Source: Carpediemonas membranifera BICM
Lineage: Eukaryota > Protista > Fornicata
Assembly: GCA_019828565.1 (NCBI GenBank)
Contig: JAHDYR010000052.1
Coordinates: 1-62,183 of the forward strand
Length of the DNA stretch: 62,183 nt
Reading direction: 5' to 3'
Shown here: positions 23,295-35,000 of the stretch, piece after piece
How the letters are laid out: the number at the start of each line of letters is the position of its first letter
Position numbering within the stretch: position 1 is the first letter of the stretch
Made by a program: the position numbers and the translations under genes
Notes under the pieces: generated by a model
Told to the model about the DNA's origin: nothing
The model's database searches: none
Seen by the model: only the letters and a program-made list of their open reading frames with translations

Positions 23295-26200
23295 ATGGTA
23301 TCCAGAGGAAAGTTGCTCGATTCGCCGCCGCAAGGCGACGAATCCTGCCATACATCCGATGACGGACCAGGTGACACGAATTACCTGAAACTAGCGCTGT
23401 TCGCTGCGCTCCTGCGCGTAATGGAAGAAATTCGTCAGCACTGCCCGAAAGGCTCGTGGCCGAAGAACGCTGAGGCCTTCATCGAGGTTTGTATGAACAA
23501 AGATCGTTTATTGCGCCTTGTGACGGACAACAAACGCTTCTTCACGATCAACAACCTTTCTTTGATCACGGACTACGTTCATGCGGCCACAAACCGCTTC
23601 GGGCCAGGCCATAAGCCGAAGGCATCCCGCCGTGATGACCACATCGCCAATGCCACTTCACTTCTTCACGCCGCAGCCACCAACCAGGTGTTCACTGCTA
23701 CGATCTCGATTGATCGTGCCAACGAGGCCCTCGAGCGCGTGATACGGGGCAGAAGGACCGATGAGCAGCTCATGAGGGAGCACCCTCGTCCGCTCCGCCC
23801 GTCCGAGATCGCCGCTCGCCGCGCCAAGACCGGGCGTCAGTCATACGCCCAACTGATCAGCCGTGTCGAGGAGGCCCGCCCGGCAAGCCCTGCGCGAGAC
23901 CGCACTGCCTTCCTCGAGGCAGAAGCATACGCGTGTCGCGTAGCTGCTGGCCGCGCAGACCGTCAACAGCAGGGTGATAGGCCCCCGAGCCCCACCCCTG
24001 CCCAGGCTGCCCCCACCGACTCCGCTGCCGCCCTAACTGGGCCGCAGCCCGCAACCGCCCCGCAGGGTGACAGGCCCACGCGCCAGACCCCCGCCCAGGT
24101 TGCCCCCACCCAGCCAGAGGAGAGGAACATCGACGACACCGCAGTGTCCGAGTTCCTCTCCCTGGCGGGCGTCGAAGGCGGGGAAGGGGAGAGCTGAGCC
24201 AGAGACCGAGCACGAAGCCCGTGGTGACTCAGCCAACTCCCCCCTTCGCCCGCCGCCGCAGGTTGACCCCGCCCACCGGCTCACAGGGTGGCTCGACCGC
24301 ACGACCATCGACGCTGTTCGCCGCAGCTTTGACGCACATGTACCGCGGGAAGACAGAGACATGTGGTCGACCAACGACCAGGTCGTCGCGACGCTGACGT
24401 CTGTCGACGCCGTCCGCTGGCTCTCCCGGGGGCAAAATGGCCAGAACCGCATGTCCAGAGCACGCTGGACGACTCTCCTCGAGCAGGTCTTTGCGGCTCA
24501 CCCGAGGAACCGGCCTTCGTATGCGTTCCCGCAAGGCCTGAAGTCGTTCGCACCCAGGTTCGTGGCGTTCATGAGGGAAGGGTTGGGTATGCCAGTCGAC
24601 CCCGCTCTCCCAGCTGTCCCGCAGCCAAGGACGGCCCAGCCAGCCAGAAGAAGGCTCACTGCTCCCCGCCCGCAGCCGGAGACCATCCTTCCAGAGCTCC
24701 CAGAGGACCTCAAGTTCCTCCCCTCCCCGACGGAGGCCGGCAGGATTGGGAAGTCGAAGCCCTCAAGGAAGGGTGCGGTCTCATTCGTGAAGGGTCTCAT
24801 CAACCTGTTGGAGGCCCTGAACGAGGTGCCTGCCCAGCAGAAACGGCGTGGCCTTATTGCCATCATGACCCATGGTCAGACGGTGTACAAGCCCGCCAAG
24901 AAGCAGGTGACACTGCGGACCCGGACCAAGGAGCGCTCGGCCTTCACCAAGGCCTCGGCCGGCTACTACTCCAGTGGCCTGAAGATCCTCCTGTCTGAGG
25001 ACATGGACCTCAGCCCGACCGAGGTTGACGAGAAGCTGGTGGAGCTGCAGGCCGAGCCAATGGCAGACCCACGTCTCTTCCACCCACAGCAACGGGCGGG
25101 TGCGCTGGAGTCATATGAGGTCACCCCGGAGTCTGTGACATGGGCCCTGGACAGGCTCAAAGCAGACTCGGCACCGGGACCCTCGGGCCTGAGTTTCCTT
25201 CACTTGAAGCTGGCCTACCGCCTACGCAAACACAAGTTTGTTGCTGCTGTCACGCCTCTGATCAACGACATCATCAACGGGGAGCCCTACACTGAGATCC
25301 TGTCGCTCTCGAGGCTCGTTGCCCTGCCTAAGGGAGACTCCAAGGTCCGGCCCATTGCAATGGGCGAGAGCCTGAGACGCCTCGCAGGCAAGGTCCTAGC
25401 CCACGATGTCGGGCTGAGGATTATTGGCGATGGTGTGTGCGAGGGGCAGTTCGGACTGGGCGAGAGCTGCGGCCTGGACTGCATGGGTGACATTCTGAAG
25501 ACAGCGTACGCCGGCGGTGCGCAGCTGTGCGCCGTTGACATGTCCAATGCGTACGGAACCGTCAGTCGGCAGCATCTGTCTGAGGTCGCACAGGCGTGGG
25601 CCCCGGTCTTGCTACCGTACCTGCACACGATGTATGCCGGGGGCAAGATGATCACACCAACAGGCCTTGTCATCCCGTCCCGGGAGGGCATCCAGCAAGG
25701 GGACCCCATATCTCCGCTGCTGTTCACCCTGGCGATGAAGCCGGTCCTGGACCAGATCAGAGGTGAGTTCCAGGAGTGCAGGATGGTCTCCTATCAGGAC
25801 GATGCTTACTTGATCGCGCCAGCGTCCATGCCGGCCTCACGAGTTGATCGGTTCTACGACCGGATGGCTGAGGTTTGTGGCCGCATCGGCATGCGCGTGA
25901 ACACGGCTAAGTGTATGGTGATCAGCGCTGCTGGCTCCCCGGGTGCCATTCAGCGGGTAGTCAACGGTAGAGCCGTTGGAATCCCTGTTGGTGACGCTCA
26001 TGGTGAGGCAAGAGCTGTCGATGATGTCTTCTCGGAGATGGAGATGGCGACTGCTCGCGTCGTGGAAATGGTGGAGACTGTAGGGCCTTCTGCGGCCAGC
26101 GTTGCGCTGAATATGATTCGTTCATGCATTCTTGCGATGCCATCCGCAATCTACAGAGCTGTGTCGCCGGTTTACAGGGAGACAGGAAAGCGCTCAGCGC

Positions 26201-27577
26201 ACGGAGATGGCGAAGGCCTATGGGGGGAAGTGAAATCGGGAGTGAGCGGAAGCAGTAGCACCGAATCGCTCGTTGGACGCAGCTGACAAGTTCAATCGCA
26301 GGGAGGAGGCAGCGCCCCGGGGAACTCGGCTCCAGTAATAAGGGAGATCAGCCTAAGTAACCGGGGCCCGATACCAGGCACCATAAATTTTCTTTCTTTC
26401 TTTCAGAGCTGTGTCGCCGATTAGGCACGAAAGCAGGACATCCCGCTTCGAGCAGATGCTTAGCCGCAGCGTAGAGCACATTCTGCAACTAAGAGATGGT
26501 CTGGAAGACAAAACTCGTAGAATGGCTCTCGATTATGGAGATTACGGGCTCCGCATGCCAATCCCATCACTCGTCTGGAAATGCGCATTTTTGGGCACGG
26601 AACACCAGCTGCACCAGCTGCTTCCGGACCGGTCTGTGCACCTAGACGAGGCCCTGTTTACCGTTGAAGGCGCCGAAGAGTGGCCTAGGACCAAGGACGA
26701 ACTCTATGAGATGGAGGCCAAAAAGCCTCAGAAACAACTCACAAAGTACCATAGAGACGCCTGGACAGTCCAGCACCGCCCATCAACGCCGTCTGACTTC
26801 AACTTGGACCGCAATGCGGCCACTCAGGCCCTGAACGACTCCTCCCAGCGCGCTGCCCCGGCGGCTGGAATTCTCCGGCAAGAGGCCGCACTCACCCCAA
26901 TTGAGCTAGAATCGAAGCCTGTTGGCTCAATATTTGTCCCAATTGCCAGGGCACACCTGGATGTCGCCCCGTTCGAAGAGTGGCCCGAGACTTGCCCCCT
27001 GTGTCAGGCCCAGCGCTGCACCTGGCAGCATGCCCTCTCGTGCCCACACACCAAGGGAACCGCCCACACCGAGCGTCACAACCATGTTAGAGACGCTGTG
27101 AGCGCCGTGTTGACCGACGACGACGTTAGAGGTCGACCCATGGCCCGTTGCCAGGCCGAGGTCGCGCTCACCTCTCGTCACCCCCGCTACCAGCAGGCCG
27201 ATAACGAAGCGCCCAGACGCAAGGTGGCCGACCTCATGGTGGCAGGCGAGAGAGACGTGGTCGGGAACCGTGTCCACGAGGAAGTCTATGTCGACTTCGT
27301 GGTCAGCCTGCACCCGCGGGAGGCTGAGCTAGAGAAGCTCCGCGAGTACCGCAACTGGCAGGTCACCTTCGTGCCTGCTGCCTGCACGGTTCTGGGCGAG
27401 ACTGAGTCCCGTCTGACCGAGTGCTGGGTCGCCCGCCTCTGTGCCGCGATTCGCAGGCCGGCCCTCGTGGGCGCCATCCGTGACCGGGTATTCTGGTCCA
27501 TCTGGGCGGACAACCAGACCGTCTGGTCGGACTATGTCTCCCAGTGCAAGGCCCGCTGGGCCGAACTTCGCCCCTAA
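23295..27577 (+). pseudogene. CRE-like unit 6 (B + Z), frameshift near 24190 and a 234-bp insertion
   Basis: ORFs 23139..24197, 24067..26286 and 26411..27577. Confidence 0.9.
26170..26403 (+). mobile_element. 5'-truncated LINE-A retrocopy (last ~234 nt)
   Basis: Almost identical to 19275-19510. TSD CAGAGCTGTGTCGCCG at 26154-26169 and 26404-26419. Confidence 0.95.
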
Positions 27578-27773
27578 TCGCCTCCCCACAAAATGCCGGA
27601 GTCGCGACTCGGCTGACTCGGCCACTCTAGGCTGCGTCGTCCCCGAGCCCCCCTGCGCCTCCCGCCCCATCGCCGCATCGCATAACGCATCCCCTGCCCC
27701 TGCGCGAGAGTAGTTGCTCGAAATTCCGCGGAGTCGCGTGTTGTTCGGACAACCTGGGAAAGTAAATTCGGCC
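27578..27773 (+). repeat. Inter-unit spacer (3'UTR/5'UTR), representative copy of 8
   Basis: Palindrome GAGTCGCGACTC. Direct repeat CGGAGTCGCG at 27597-27606 and 27729-27738. No poly(A). Confidence 0.85.
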
Positions 27774-30700
27774 ATGGTATCCAGAGGAAAGTTGCTCGAT
27801 TCGCCGCCGCAAGGCGACGAATCCTGCCATACATCCGATGAAGGACCTGGTACGTCTATTGACAAGCGATTAGCGCTATTCGCTGCTCTTCTGCGGTGGA
27901 TTAACGATTTCCATCCCTCCAGCTCGAAGAACTCTTGGCCGAAGGATACTGAGGCCTTTATTGAGATCTGCATGAACAAAGAACGTCTATTGAGCCTTAT
28001 TTCGGATTACAAGCGTTTCTTCACGGTGAGCAACTTGGTTTGGATAACCAACTACGTTCACGCGGCGACAAATCGCTTCGGCCCCGGCCACAAGGTGAAA
28101 GCTTCCCGCCGCGACGATCACGTCGCAAATGCTGTCGCCATTCTGCACGCTGCAGCCACTGATCAGGCGTTCACATCAACGCTCACCATCGAACGTGCGA
28201 ACGAGGCTCTTGAGCGTATGATCGAGCACGCCATCGACCCAGTGAAAGCGAGAAGGATGAACCTCCTTCAGACTGTCCGAGGCCCTCAGAGGACGACGTC
28301 TGTAACCGCCTTGGTGAAGCGGGTCCAGCATGCGCCCCGCCCAGCCAGCCCACCGAATGCGGGCATCGCCCGCGAGTATGCGAGGGCCGATGCCTTCGCC
28401 CGACGCCAGGGTGACCGGCCCCCGAGCCCCACCCCTGCCGATGCTGCCCTCACCGACTCCGCTGTCGCCCTAACTGGGCCGCAGCCCGCAGCCGCCCCGC
28501 AGGGTGACATGCCCACGCGCCAGACCCCCGCCCAGGTTGCCCCCACCCAGCCAGAGGAGAGGAACATCGACGACACCGCAGTGTCCGAGTTCCTCTCCCT
28601 GGCGGGCGTCGAAGGCGGGGAAGGGGAGAGAGCTGAGCCAGAGACCGGGCACGAAGCCCGTGGTGACTCAGCCAACCCTCCCCTTCGCCCGCCGCCGCAG
28701 GCAAGCCAAGGCCCTGAACCACGTACATTTGTGTACACAGGCCCTCCTGGCGCTCTTAACCAGATCACGGAGGCGCACCCTGGGCCAGCATCATCCACGC
28801 CTACCCAGGGGTGGCTGAGCCTTGCCAAGCTGGATCGACTCCGGCATAGGTTCACCGCAAACATCCCGACCCACCTGGTCGAGTCTCATTGGGGCTCGGC
28901 CGAGCAGGTAAGGTCCACACTCACGACAGCAGTCCGGGTCGGAGAAGTGTCCGGCGGGCAGAATGGCGTCCACAGGATGTCACGTGAACGCTGGACACAG
29001 CTTCTCGAGGGCCTCTTCGCGGACGAGCCGGACAGGCGGCCACCCTACAGCTTCCCCAAAGGGTTCAGGCAGTTCACGCCGAGGTTTGTGTTCTTCATGA
29101 GAGAGGCATGCGGTCTTCCGCCGGACCCTAGTGCTGAGGCCCCGCCCCATGCCGGGCCCAGCCAGCCCCCACGGAGACCGAGAGCAGCGCTCCTGCCCCT
29201 GCCGCCGGCCGACCCTCTCGCGGGCGACCTGCCGATCGAGCTGTCATATCTGCCTCACCCCGCGGAAGCCGGACGCATCGGCCGGGCGAAGCCCTCACGG
29301 AAGGCTGCCGCGGGATTCGTGAACGGGCTGATCCGGCTGCTCGTGACCCTGGCGAACGCGCCGCAGAACCGGAAGCGGGAGGCTCTGGCAGCCGTTCTCC
29401 GGCACGCGCGGACAGTATATCGCCCTGGGAAGAAGGGGATCTCCCTCCGCACCCGCTCCCCAGAGCGAGCTGCATACTCGAAGGCCGCCGCCGGGTATTA
29501 CTCCAGCGCCATGAAGGTCCTGCTCTCTGAGGAGATGACACTCACGCCGGGTCAGATCGACCAGAAGCTGGAGGAGATGCAGGCCGCCCCGCTGAGAGAT
29601 CCCCAGACGCCGGCTCTCACACGCCGCGCCGACGCGCTCACGTCCTTTGAGGTCACCTTCGAGGCCGTAGACGAGGCGCTGGGGAAGATGAGAGCGGACT
29701 CGGCCCCCGGCCCATCCGGGCTGAGCTTCTTGCATCTGAAACTCGCTCATCGACTCCGGAAGGGCCAGTTGGTGCAGGCACTCCTGCCCCTTGTGCGCGA
29801 CATCATTGCCGGCGAGGAGTACACGGGTATCCTCGCTCACGCACGGCTCATCGCACTGCCGAAGGGCGAAGATCGGGTCAGACCCATCGCCATGGGCGAG
29901 GCGCTCCGGCGCCTGGCCGCGAAGGTCCTCGCCTCGGCCGCCTCGTCGCGTCTCCGTAATGACGGCGTCTGCCCTGAGCAGTACGGGCTCGGCGAGAGCT
30001 GCGGCCTGGACGTTATGACCGCGAAAATTGCGGAAGCGTACGACGAAGGGCTCAAGGTCTGTGCTGTTGACATGACTAACGCCTACGGAACCGTGTCCCG
30101 CGCCCACCTCCGTGTGGTGCTCGAGGCGCACGCCCCAGCCGCCCTCCCCTATTTCTCCACCATGTATGGCGAGGGCAAGCTGCTGACCCCGACCGGGCAC
30201 GTCATAGCCAGCCGAGAGGGCATCCACCAGGGGGACCCCCTGTCCCCAGCCCTCTTCACGCTGGCTATGACGCCCCTCCTCGGCAGCCTCCGGTCGCAAC
30301 TCCCCAGTGCGACCATCCTCGGCTACCAGGACGACGTGTACGGGCTGCTGCCCCGGCAGGCAGACCAGCGGACGATCGATACATTCTACGCGCGTGTGGA
30401 GGCGGCGTGTGGAGCCGTCGGTATGCGGGTGAACCGACTGAAGTGCCTCGTCCTGGCGAAGACGGGGACACTGGGCCAACAAAGCGGACGGGTGCTCGGT
30501 ATCCCCGAAGGCGACGACGCGGGCGTTGCCAACGCTGTGGACGCGGCCTTCTCGCGCATGGAGGACGCGCTCGTGCGGGTGGCCGAGATGACCGAGGCAG
30601 TGGGGCCGAAAGCGGCCTCGGTGGCGGTCAATCTGATCAGGTCTTGCGTTCTTCCGATGCCTTCGGCAATCTTTCGCAACGTGAGCCCGATTGGCCACGA

Positions 30701-31841
30701 ATGCCGCACAAAAAGCCTGGAGCGGAAGCTGAGAGCTGCCATCGCACGCATCCTTCAGGTATCCGACGTCACAAAGATACCCGAAGAGCGTTTAGCGCTC
30801 GATTTCGCCGACTACGGGCTCCGTATCCCTCTTCCGTCGCTCATCTGGAAGTGTGCATTTTTGGGCGCAGCCCACCAGCTGCACGCCCTAGGCATCACCC
30901 GGGACATGGAGGCGGCGCTGTTCTCTCCAGAAGAGTGCCAGGAGTGGCCCAAAACCATCCAGGAACTGTTTAGCATCGAGGCTGAAAAGCCGCAGAAGAC
31001 ACTCACTACGATGCTTGCAAAAGCCTGGACGGCCAAGTACCGCCCCAAGACACCCGCCGACTTCGGCCTAGACCCCGAGGAGGTCTCCCAGGGCCTCTCT
31101 GACTGCAGCTCCCTCGAGGCCCCCGCCGCCGGACTCCTCCGCAAAGAAGCCGCGCTGAGCCCCCTCGACCTCGAGCAGACCTCCTGCGACAGCGTGTTCG
31201 TCCCCGTCACCCGGGCGCACCTCAACATCGCCCCATTCCGCGAGATGCCGGTCACCTGCCCCCTCTGTGGCCAGCAAGACATCACGTGGCGCCACGCCCT
31301 CGGCTGCTCCTACCTGAAGGATGGCGCGACCAACGCACGCCACGACAGCATCAAGATGGCTGTGCACGATCTCGTGACCCAGGACGACCTCCGCGGGCGC
31401 CCCATCCCCCACTGCAAGCCCGAGTTCGATCTGCTCGACACCCACCCTAGGTTCCGCGTCACGAGCGCCGACGCCCCCACACACAAGCGGGCTGACCTCA
31501 AGGTCTGGGGCGAGCGCGACGTGGTCGGAAACGTCGTCCACGACGACGTCTACGTCGACTTCTACTGCGGTCTTCACCCCCGCGACGCCGAGCTCGAGAA
31601 GACCAAGGAGTACGCCAACTGGGACGTCACCTTCCTGGTCGCCGCCACCACTGTCGGCGGCGCCACAGAGTCCCGCCTGACCGCGGACTGGGCGGTGCAG
31701 TTTTGCGACGCCATTGCACGGCCGCACCTGGCGGGAACCATGCGCGACCTGGTCTTCCTCAAGACTTGGGAGGGCAACATGACCGTCTGGAGCGACTACG
31801 TCACTCAGTGCAAGGCCCGCTGGGCCGAACTTCGCCCCTAA
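27774..31841 (+). CDS. Intact CRE-like retrotransposon polyprotein, unit 7 (A + X): RT, CCHC, RLE endonuclease
   Basis: Uninterrupted 1355 aa from ATG 27774. HQGDPLSP, YQDD, CPLC..HALGC, RHD, RADL, YVDF, EKTKEY. Confidence 0.95.
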   Translation: MVSRGKLLDSPPQGDESCHTSDEGPGTSIDKRLALFAALLRWINDFHPSSSKNSWPKDTEAFIEICMNKERLLSLISDYKRFFTVSNLVWITNYVHAATNRFGPGHKVKASRRDDHVANAVAILHAAATDQAFTSTLTIERANEALERMIEHAIDPVKARRMNLLQTVRGPQRTTSVTALVKRVQHAPRPASPPNAGIAREYARADAFARRQGDRPPSPTPADAALTDSAVALTGPQPAAAPQGDMPTRQTPAQVAPTQPEERNIDDTAVSEFLSLAGVEGGEGERAEPETGHEARGDSANPPLRPPPQASQGPEPRTFVYTGPPGALNQITEAHPGPASSTPTQGWLSLAKLDRLRHRFTANIPTHLVESHWGSAEQVRSTLTTAVRVGEVSGGQNGVHRMSRERWTQLLEGLFADEPDRRPPYSFPKGFRQFTPRFVFFMREACGLPPDPSAEAPPHAGPSQPPRRPRAALLPLPPADPLAGDLPIELSYLPHPAEAGRIGRAKPSRKAAAGFVNGLIRLLVTLANAPQNRKREALAAVLRHARTVYRPGKKGISLRTRSPERAAYSKAAAGYYSSAMKVLLSEEMTLTPGQIDQKLEEMQAAPLRDPQTPALTRRADALTSFEVTFEAVDEALGKMRADSAPGPSGLSFLHLKLAHRLRKGQLVQALLPLVRDIIAGEEYTGILAHARLIALPKGEDRVRPIAMGEALRRLAAKVLASAASSRLRNDGVCPEQYGLGESCGLDVMTAKIAEAYDEGLKVCAVDMTNAYGTVSRAHLRVVLEAHAPAALPYFSTMYGEGKLLTPTGHVIASREGIHQGDPLSPALFTLAMTPLLGSLRSQLPSATILGYQDDVYGLLPRQADQRTIDTFYARVEAACGAVGMRVNRLKCLVLAKTGTLGQQSGRVLGIPEGDDAGVANAVDAAFSRMEDALVRVAEMTEAVGPKAASVAVNLIRSCVLPMPSAIFRNVSPIGHECRTKSLERKLRAAIARILQVSDVTKIPEERLALDFADYGLRIPLPSLIWKCAFLGAAHQLHALGITRDMEAALFSPEECQEWPKTIQELFSIEAEKPQKTLTTMLAKAWTAKYRPKTPADFGLDPEEVSQGLSDCSSLEAPAAGLLRKEAALSPLDLEQTSCDSVFVPVTRAHLNIAPFREMPVTCPLCGQQDITWRHALGCSYLKDGATNARHDSIKMAVHDLVTQDDLRGRPIPHCKPEFDLLDTHPRFRVTSADAPTHKRADLKVWGERDVVGNVVHDDVYVDFYCGLHPRDAELEKTKEYANWDVTFLVAATTVGGATESRLTADWAVQFCDAIARPHLAGTMRDLVFLKTWEGNMTVWSDYVTQCKARWAELRP

Positions 31842-32038
31842 TCGCCTCACCAGAAATGTGCCGGAGTCGCGACTCGGCTGACTCGGCCACTCTAGGCTGC
31901 GTCGTCCCCGAGCCCCCCTGCGCCTCCCGCCCCATCGCCGCATCGCATAACGCATCCCCTGCCCCTGCGCGAGAGTGGTTACCCTAAGTTCCGCGGAGTC
32001 GCGTGTCGTTCGGACAACCCCCTCCTGTAAATTCGGCC

Positions 32039-35000
32039 ATGGTATCCAGAGGAAAGTTGCTCGATTCGCCGCCGCAAGGCGACGAATCCTGCCATACATC
32101 CGATGACGGACCAGGTGACACGAATTACCAGAAACTAGCGCTGTTCGCTGCGCTCCTGCGCGTAATGGACGAAATTCGTCAGCACTGCCCGAAAGGCTCG
32201 TGGCCGAAGAACGCTGAGGCCTTCATCGAGGTTTGTATGAACAAAGATCGTTTATTGCGCCTTGTGACGGACAACAAACGCTTCTTCACGATCAACAACC
32301 TTTCTTTGATCACGGACTACGTTCATGCGGCCACAAACCGCTTCGGGCCAGGCCATAAGCCGAAGGCATCCCGCCGTGATGACCACATCGCCAATGCCAC
32401 TTCACTTCTCCACGCCGCAGCCACCAACCAGGTGTTCACTGCTACGATCTCGATTGATCGTGCCAACGAGGCCCTCGAGCGCGTGATACGGGGCAGAAGG
32501 ACCGATGAGCAGCTCATGAGGGAGCACCCTCGTCCGCTCCGCCCGTCCGAGATCGCCGCTCGCCGCGCCAAGACCGGGCGTCAGTCATACGCCCAACTGA
32601 TCAGCCGTGTCGAGGAGGCCCGCCCGGCAAGCCCTGCGCGAGACCGCACTGCCTTCCTCGAGGCAGAAGCATACGCGTGTCGCGTAGCTGCTGGCCGCGC
32701 AGACCGTCAACAGCAGGGTGATAGGCCCCCGAGCCCCACCCCTGCCCAGGCTGCCCCCACCGACTCCGCTGCCGCCCTAACTGGGCCGCAGCCCGCAGCC
32801 GCCCAGCGGGATGACCGGTCTACCGACCCCACCCCTGCCGATGCTGCCCCCACCGACTCCGCTGCCGCCCTAACTGGGCCGCAGCCCGCAACCGCCCCGC
32901 AGGGTGACAGGCCCACGCGCCAGACCCCCGCCCAGGTTGCCCCCACCCAGCCAGAGGAGAGGAACATCGACGACACCGCAGTGTCCGAGTTCCTCTCCCT
33001 GGCGGGCGTCGAAGGCGGGGAAGGGGAGAGAGCTGAGCCAGAGACCGAGCACGAAGCCCGTGGTGACTCAGCCAACTCCCCCCTTCGCCCGCCGCCGCAG
33101 GTTGACCCCGCCCACCGGCTCACAGGGTGGCTCGACCGCACGACCATCGACGCTGTTCGCCGCAGCTTTGACGCACATGTACCGCGGGAAGACAGAGACA
33201 TGTGGTCGACCAACGACCAGGTCGTCGCGACGCTGACGTCTGTCGACGCCGTCCGCTGGCTCTCCCGGGGGCAAAATGGCCAGAACCGCATGTCCAGAGC
33301 ACGCTGGACGACTCTCCTCGAGCAGGTCTTTGCGGCTCACCCGAGGAACCGGCCTTCGTATGCGTTCCCGCAAGGCCTGAAGTCGTTCGCACCCAGGTTC
33401 GTGGCGTTCATGAGGGAAGGGTTGGGTATGCCAGTCGACCCCGCTCTCCCAGCTGTCCCGCAGCCAAGGACGGCCCAGCCAGCCAGAAGAAGGCTCACTG
33501 CTCCCCGCCCGCAGCCGGAGACCATCCTTCCAGAGCTCCCAGAGGACCTCAAGTTCCTCCCCTCCCCGACGGAGGCCGGCAGGATTGGGAAGTCGAAGCC
33601 TTCAAGGAAGGGTGCGGTCTCATTCGTGAAGGGTCTCATCAACCTGTTGGAGGCCCTGAACGAGGTGCCTGCCCAGCAGAAACGGCGTGGCCTTATTGCC
33701 ATCATGACCCATGGTCAGACGGTGTACAAGCCCGCCAAGAAGCAGGTGACACTGCGGACCCGGACCAAGGAGCGCTCGGCCTTCACCAAGGCCTCGGCCG
33801 GCTACTACTCCAGTGGCCTGAAGATCCTCCTGTCTGAGGACATGGACCTCAGCCCGACCGAGGTTGACGAGAAGCTGGTGGAGCTGCAGGCCGAGCCAAT
33901 GGCAGACCCACGTCTCTTCCACCCACAGCAACGGGCGGGTGCGCTGGAGTCATATGAGGTCACCCCGGAGTCTGTGACATGGGCCCTGGACAGGCTCAAA
34001 GCAGACTCGGCACCGGGACCCTCGGGCCTGAGTTTCCTTCACTTGAAGCTGGCCTACCGCCTACGCAAACACAAGTTTGTTGCTGCTGTCACGCCTCTGA
34101 TCAACGACATCATCAACGGGGAGCCCTACACTGAGATCCTGTCGCACTCGAGGCTCGTTGCCCTGCCTAAGGGAGACTCCAAGGTCCGGCCCATTGCAAT
34201 GGGCGAGAGCCTGAGACGCCTCGCAGGCAAGGTCCTAGCCCACGATGTCGGGCTGAGGATTATTGGCGATGGTGTGTGCGAGGGGCAGTTCGGACTGGGC
34301 GAGAGCTGCGGCCTGGACTGCATGGGTGACATTCTGAAGACAGCGTACGCCGGCGGTGCGCAGCTGTGCGCCGTTGACATGTCCAATGCGTACGGAACCG
34401 TCAGTCGGCAGCATCTGTCTGAGGTCGCACAGGCGTGGGCCCCGGTCTTGCTACCGTACCTGCACACGATGTATGCCGGGGGCAAGATGATCACACCAAC
34501 AGGCCTTGTCATCCCGTCCCGGGAGGGCATCCAGCAAGAGGACCCCATATCTCCGCTGCTGTTCACCCTGGCGATGAAGCCGGTCCTGGACCAGATCAGA
34601 GGTGAGTTCCAGGAGTGCAGGATGGTCTCCCTATCAGGACGATGCTTACTTGATCGCGCCAGCGTCCATGCCGGCCTCACGAGTTGATCGGTTCTACGAC
34701 CGGATGGCTGAGGTTTGTGGCCGCATCGGCATGCGCGTGAACACGGCTAAGTGTATGGTGATCAGCGCTGCTGGCTCCCCGGGTGCCATTCAGCGGGTAG
34801 TCAACGGTAGAGCCGTTGGAATCCCTGTTGGTGACGCTCATGGTGAGGCAAGAGCTGTCGATGATGTCTTCTCGGAGATGGAGATGGCGACTGCTCGCGT
34901 CGTGGAAATGGTGGAGACTGTAGGGCCTTCTGCGGCCAGCGTTGCGCTGAATATGATTCGTTCATGCATTCTTGCGATGCCATCCGCAATCTACAGAGCT

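Noticed and set aside
23094-23295. In-frame continuation of one unit ORF into the next past a single TAA (TAA/TAG=Gln code or readthrough)
   Set aside because: The frame is not kept at the 27577 and 31841 junctions, and the 1355-aa ORF contains no internal TAA/TAG, which fits the standard code.
27578-27773. Spacer as spliced-leader RNA, tRNA or 5S gene
   Set aside because: No recognisable SL exon, cloverleaf or A/B boxes. The Sm-like ATTT(T/C)TG is antisense and lies in the variable part.
29295-32099. Long antisense ORFs over CRE units (e.g. 29295..30698, 2695..4047)
   Set aside because: Shadow frames of GC-rich coding sequence; no motifs and not conserved across X/Y/Z.
32095-32130. Hammerhead-like CCGATGA...GAA
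   Set aside because: The core deviates from CUGAnGA/GAAA, there is no stem II, and it is not conserved in A units. No HDV fold could be assigned by eye either.
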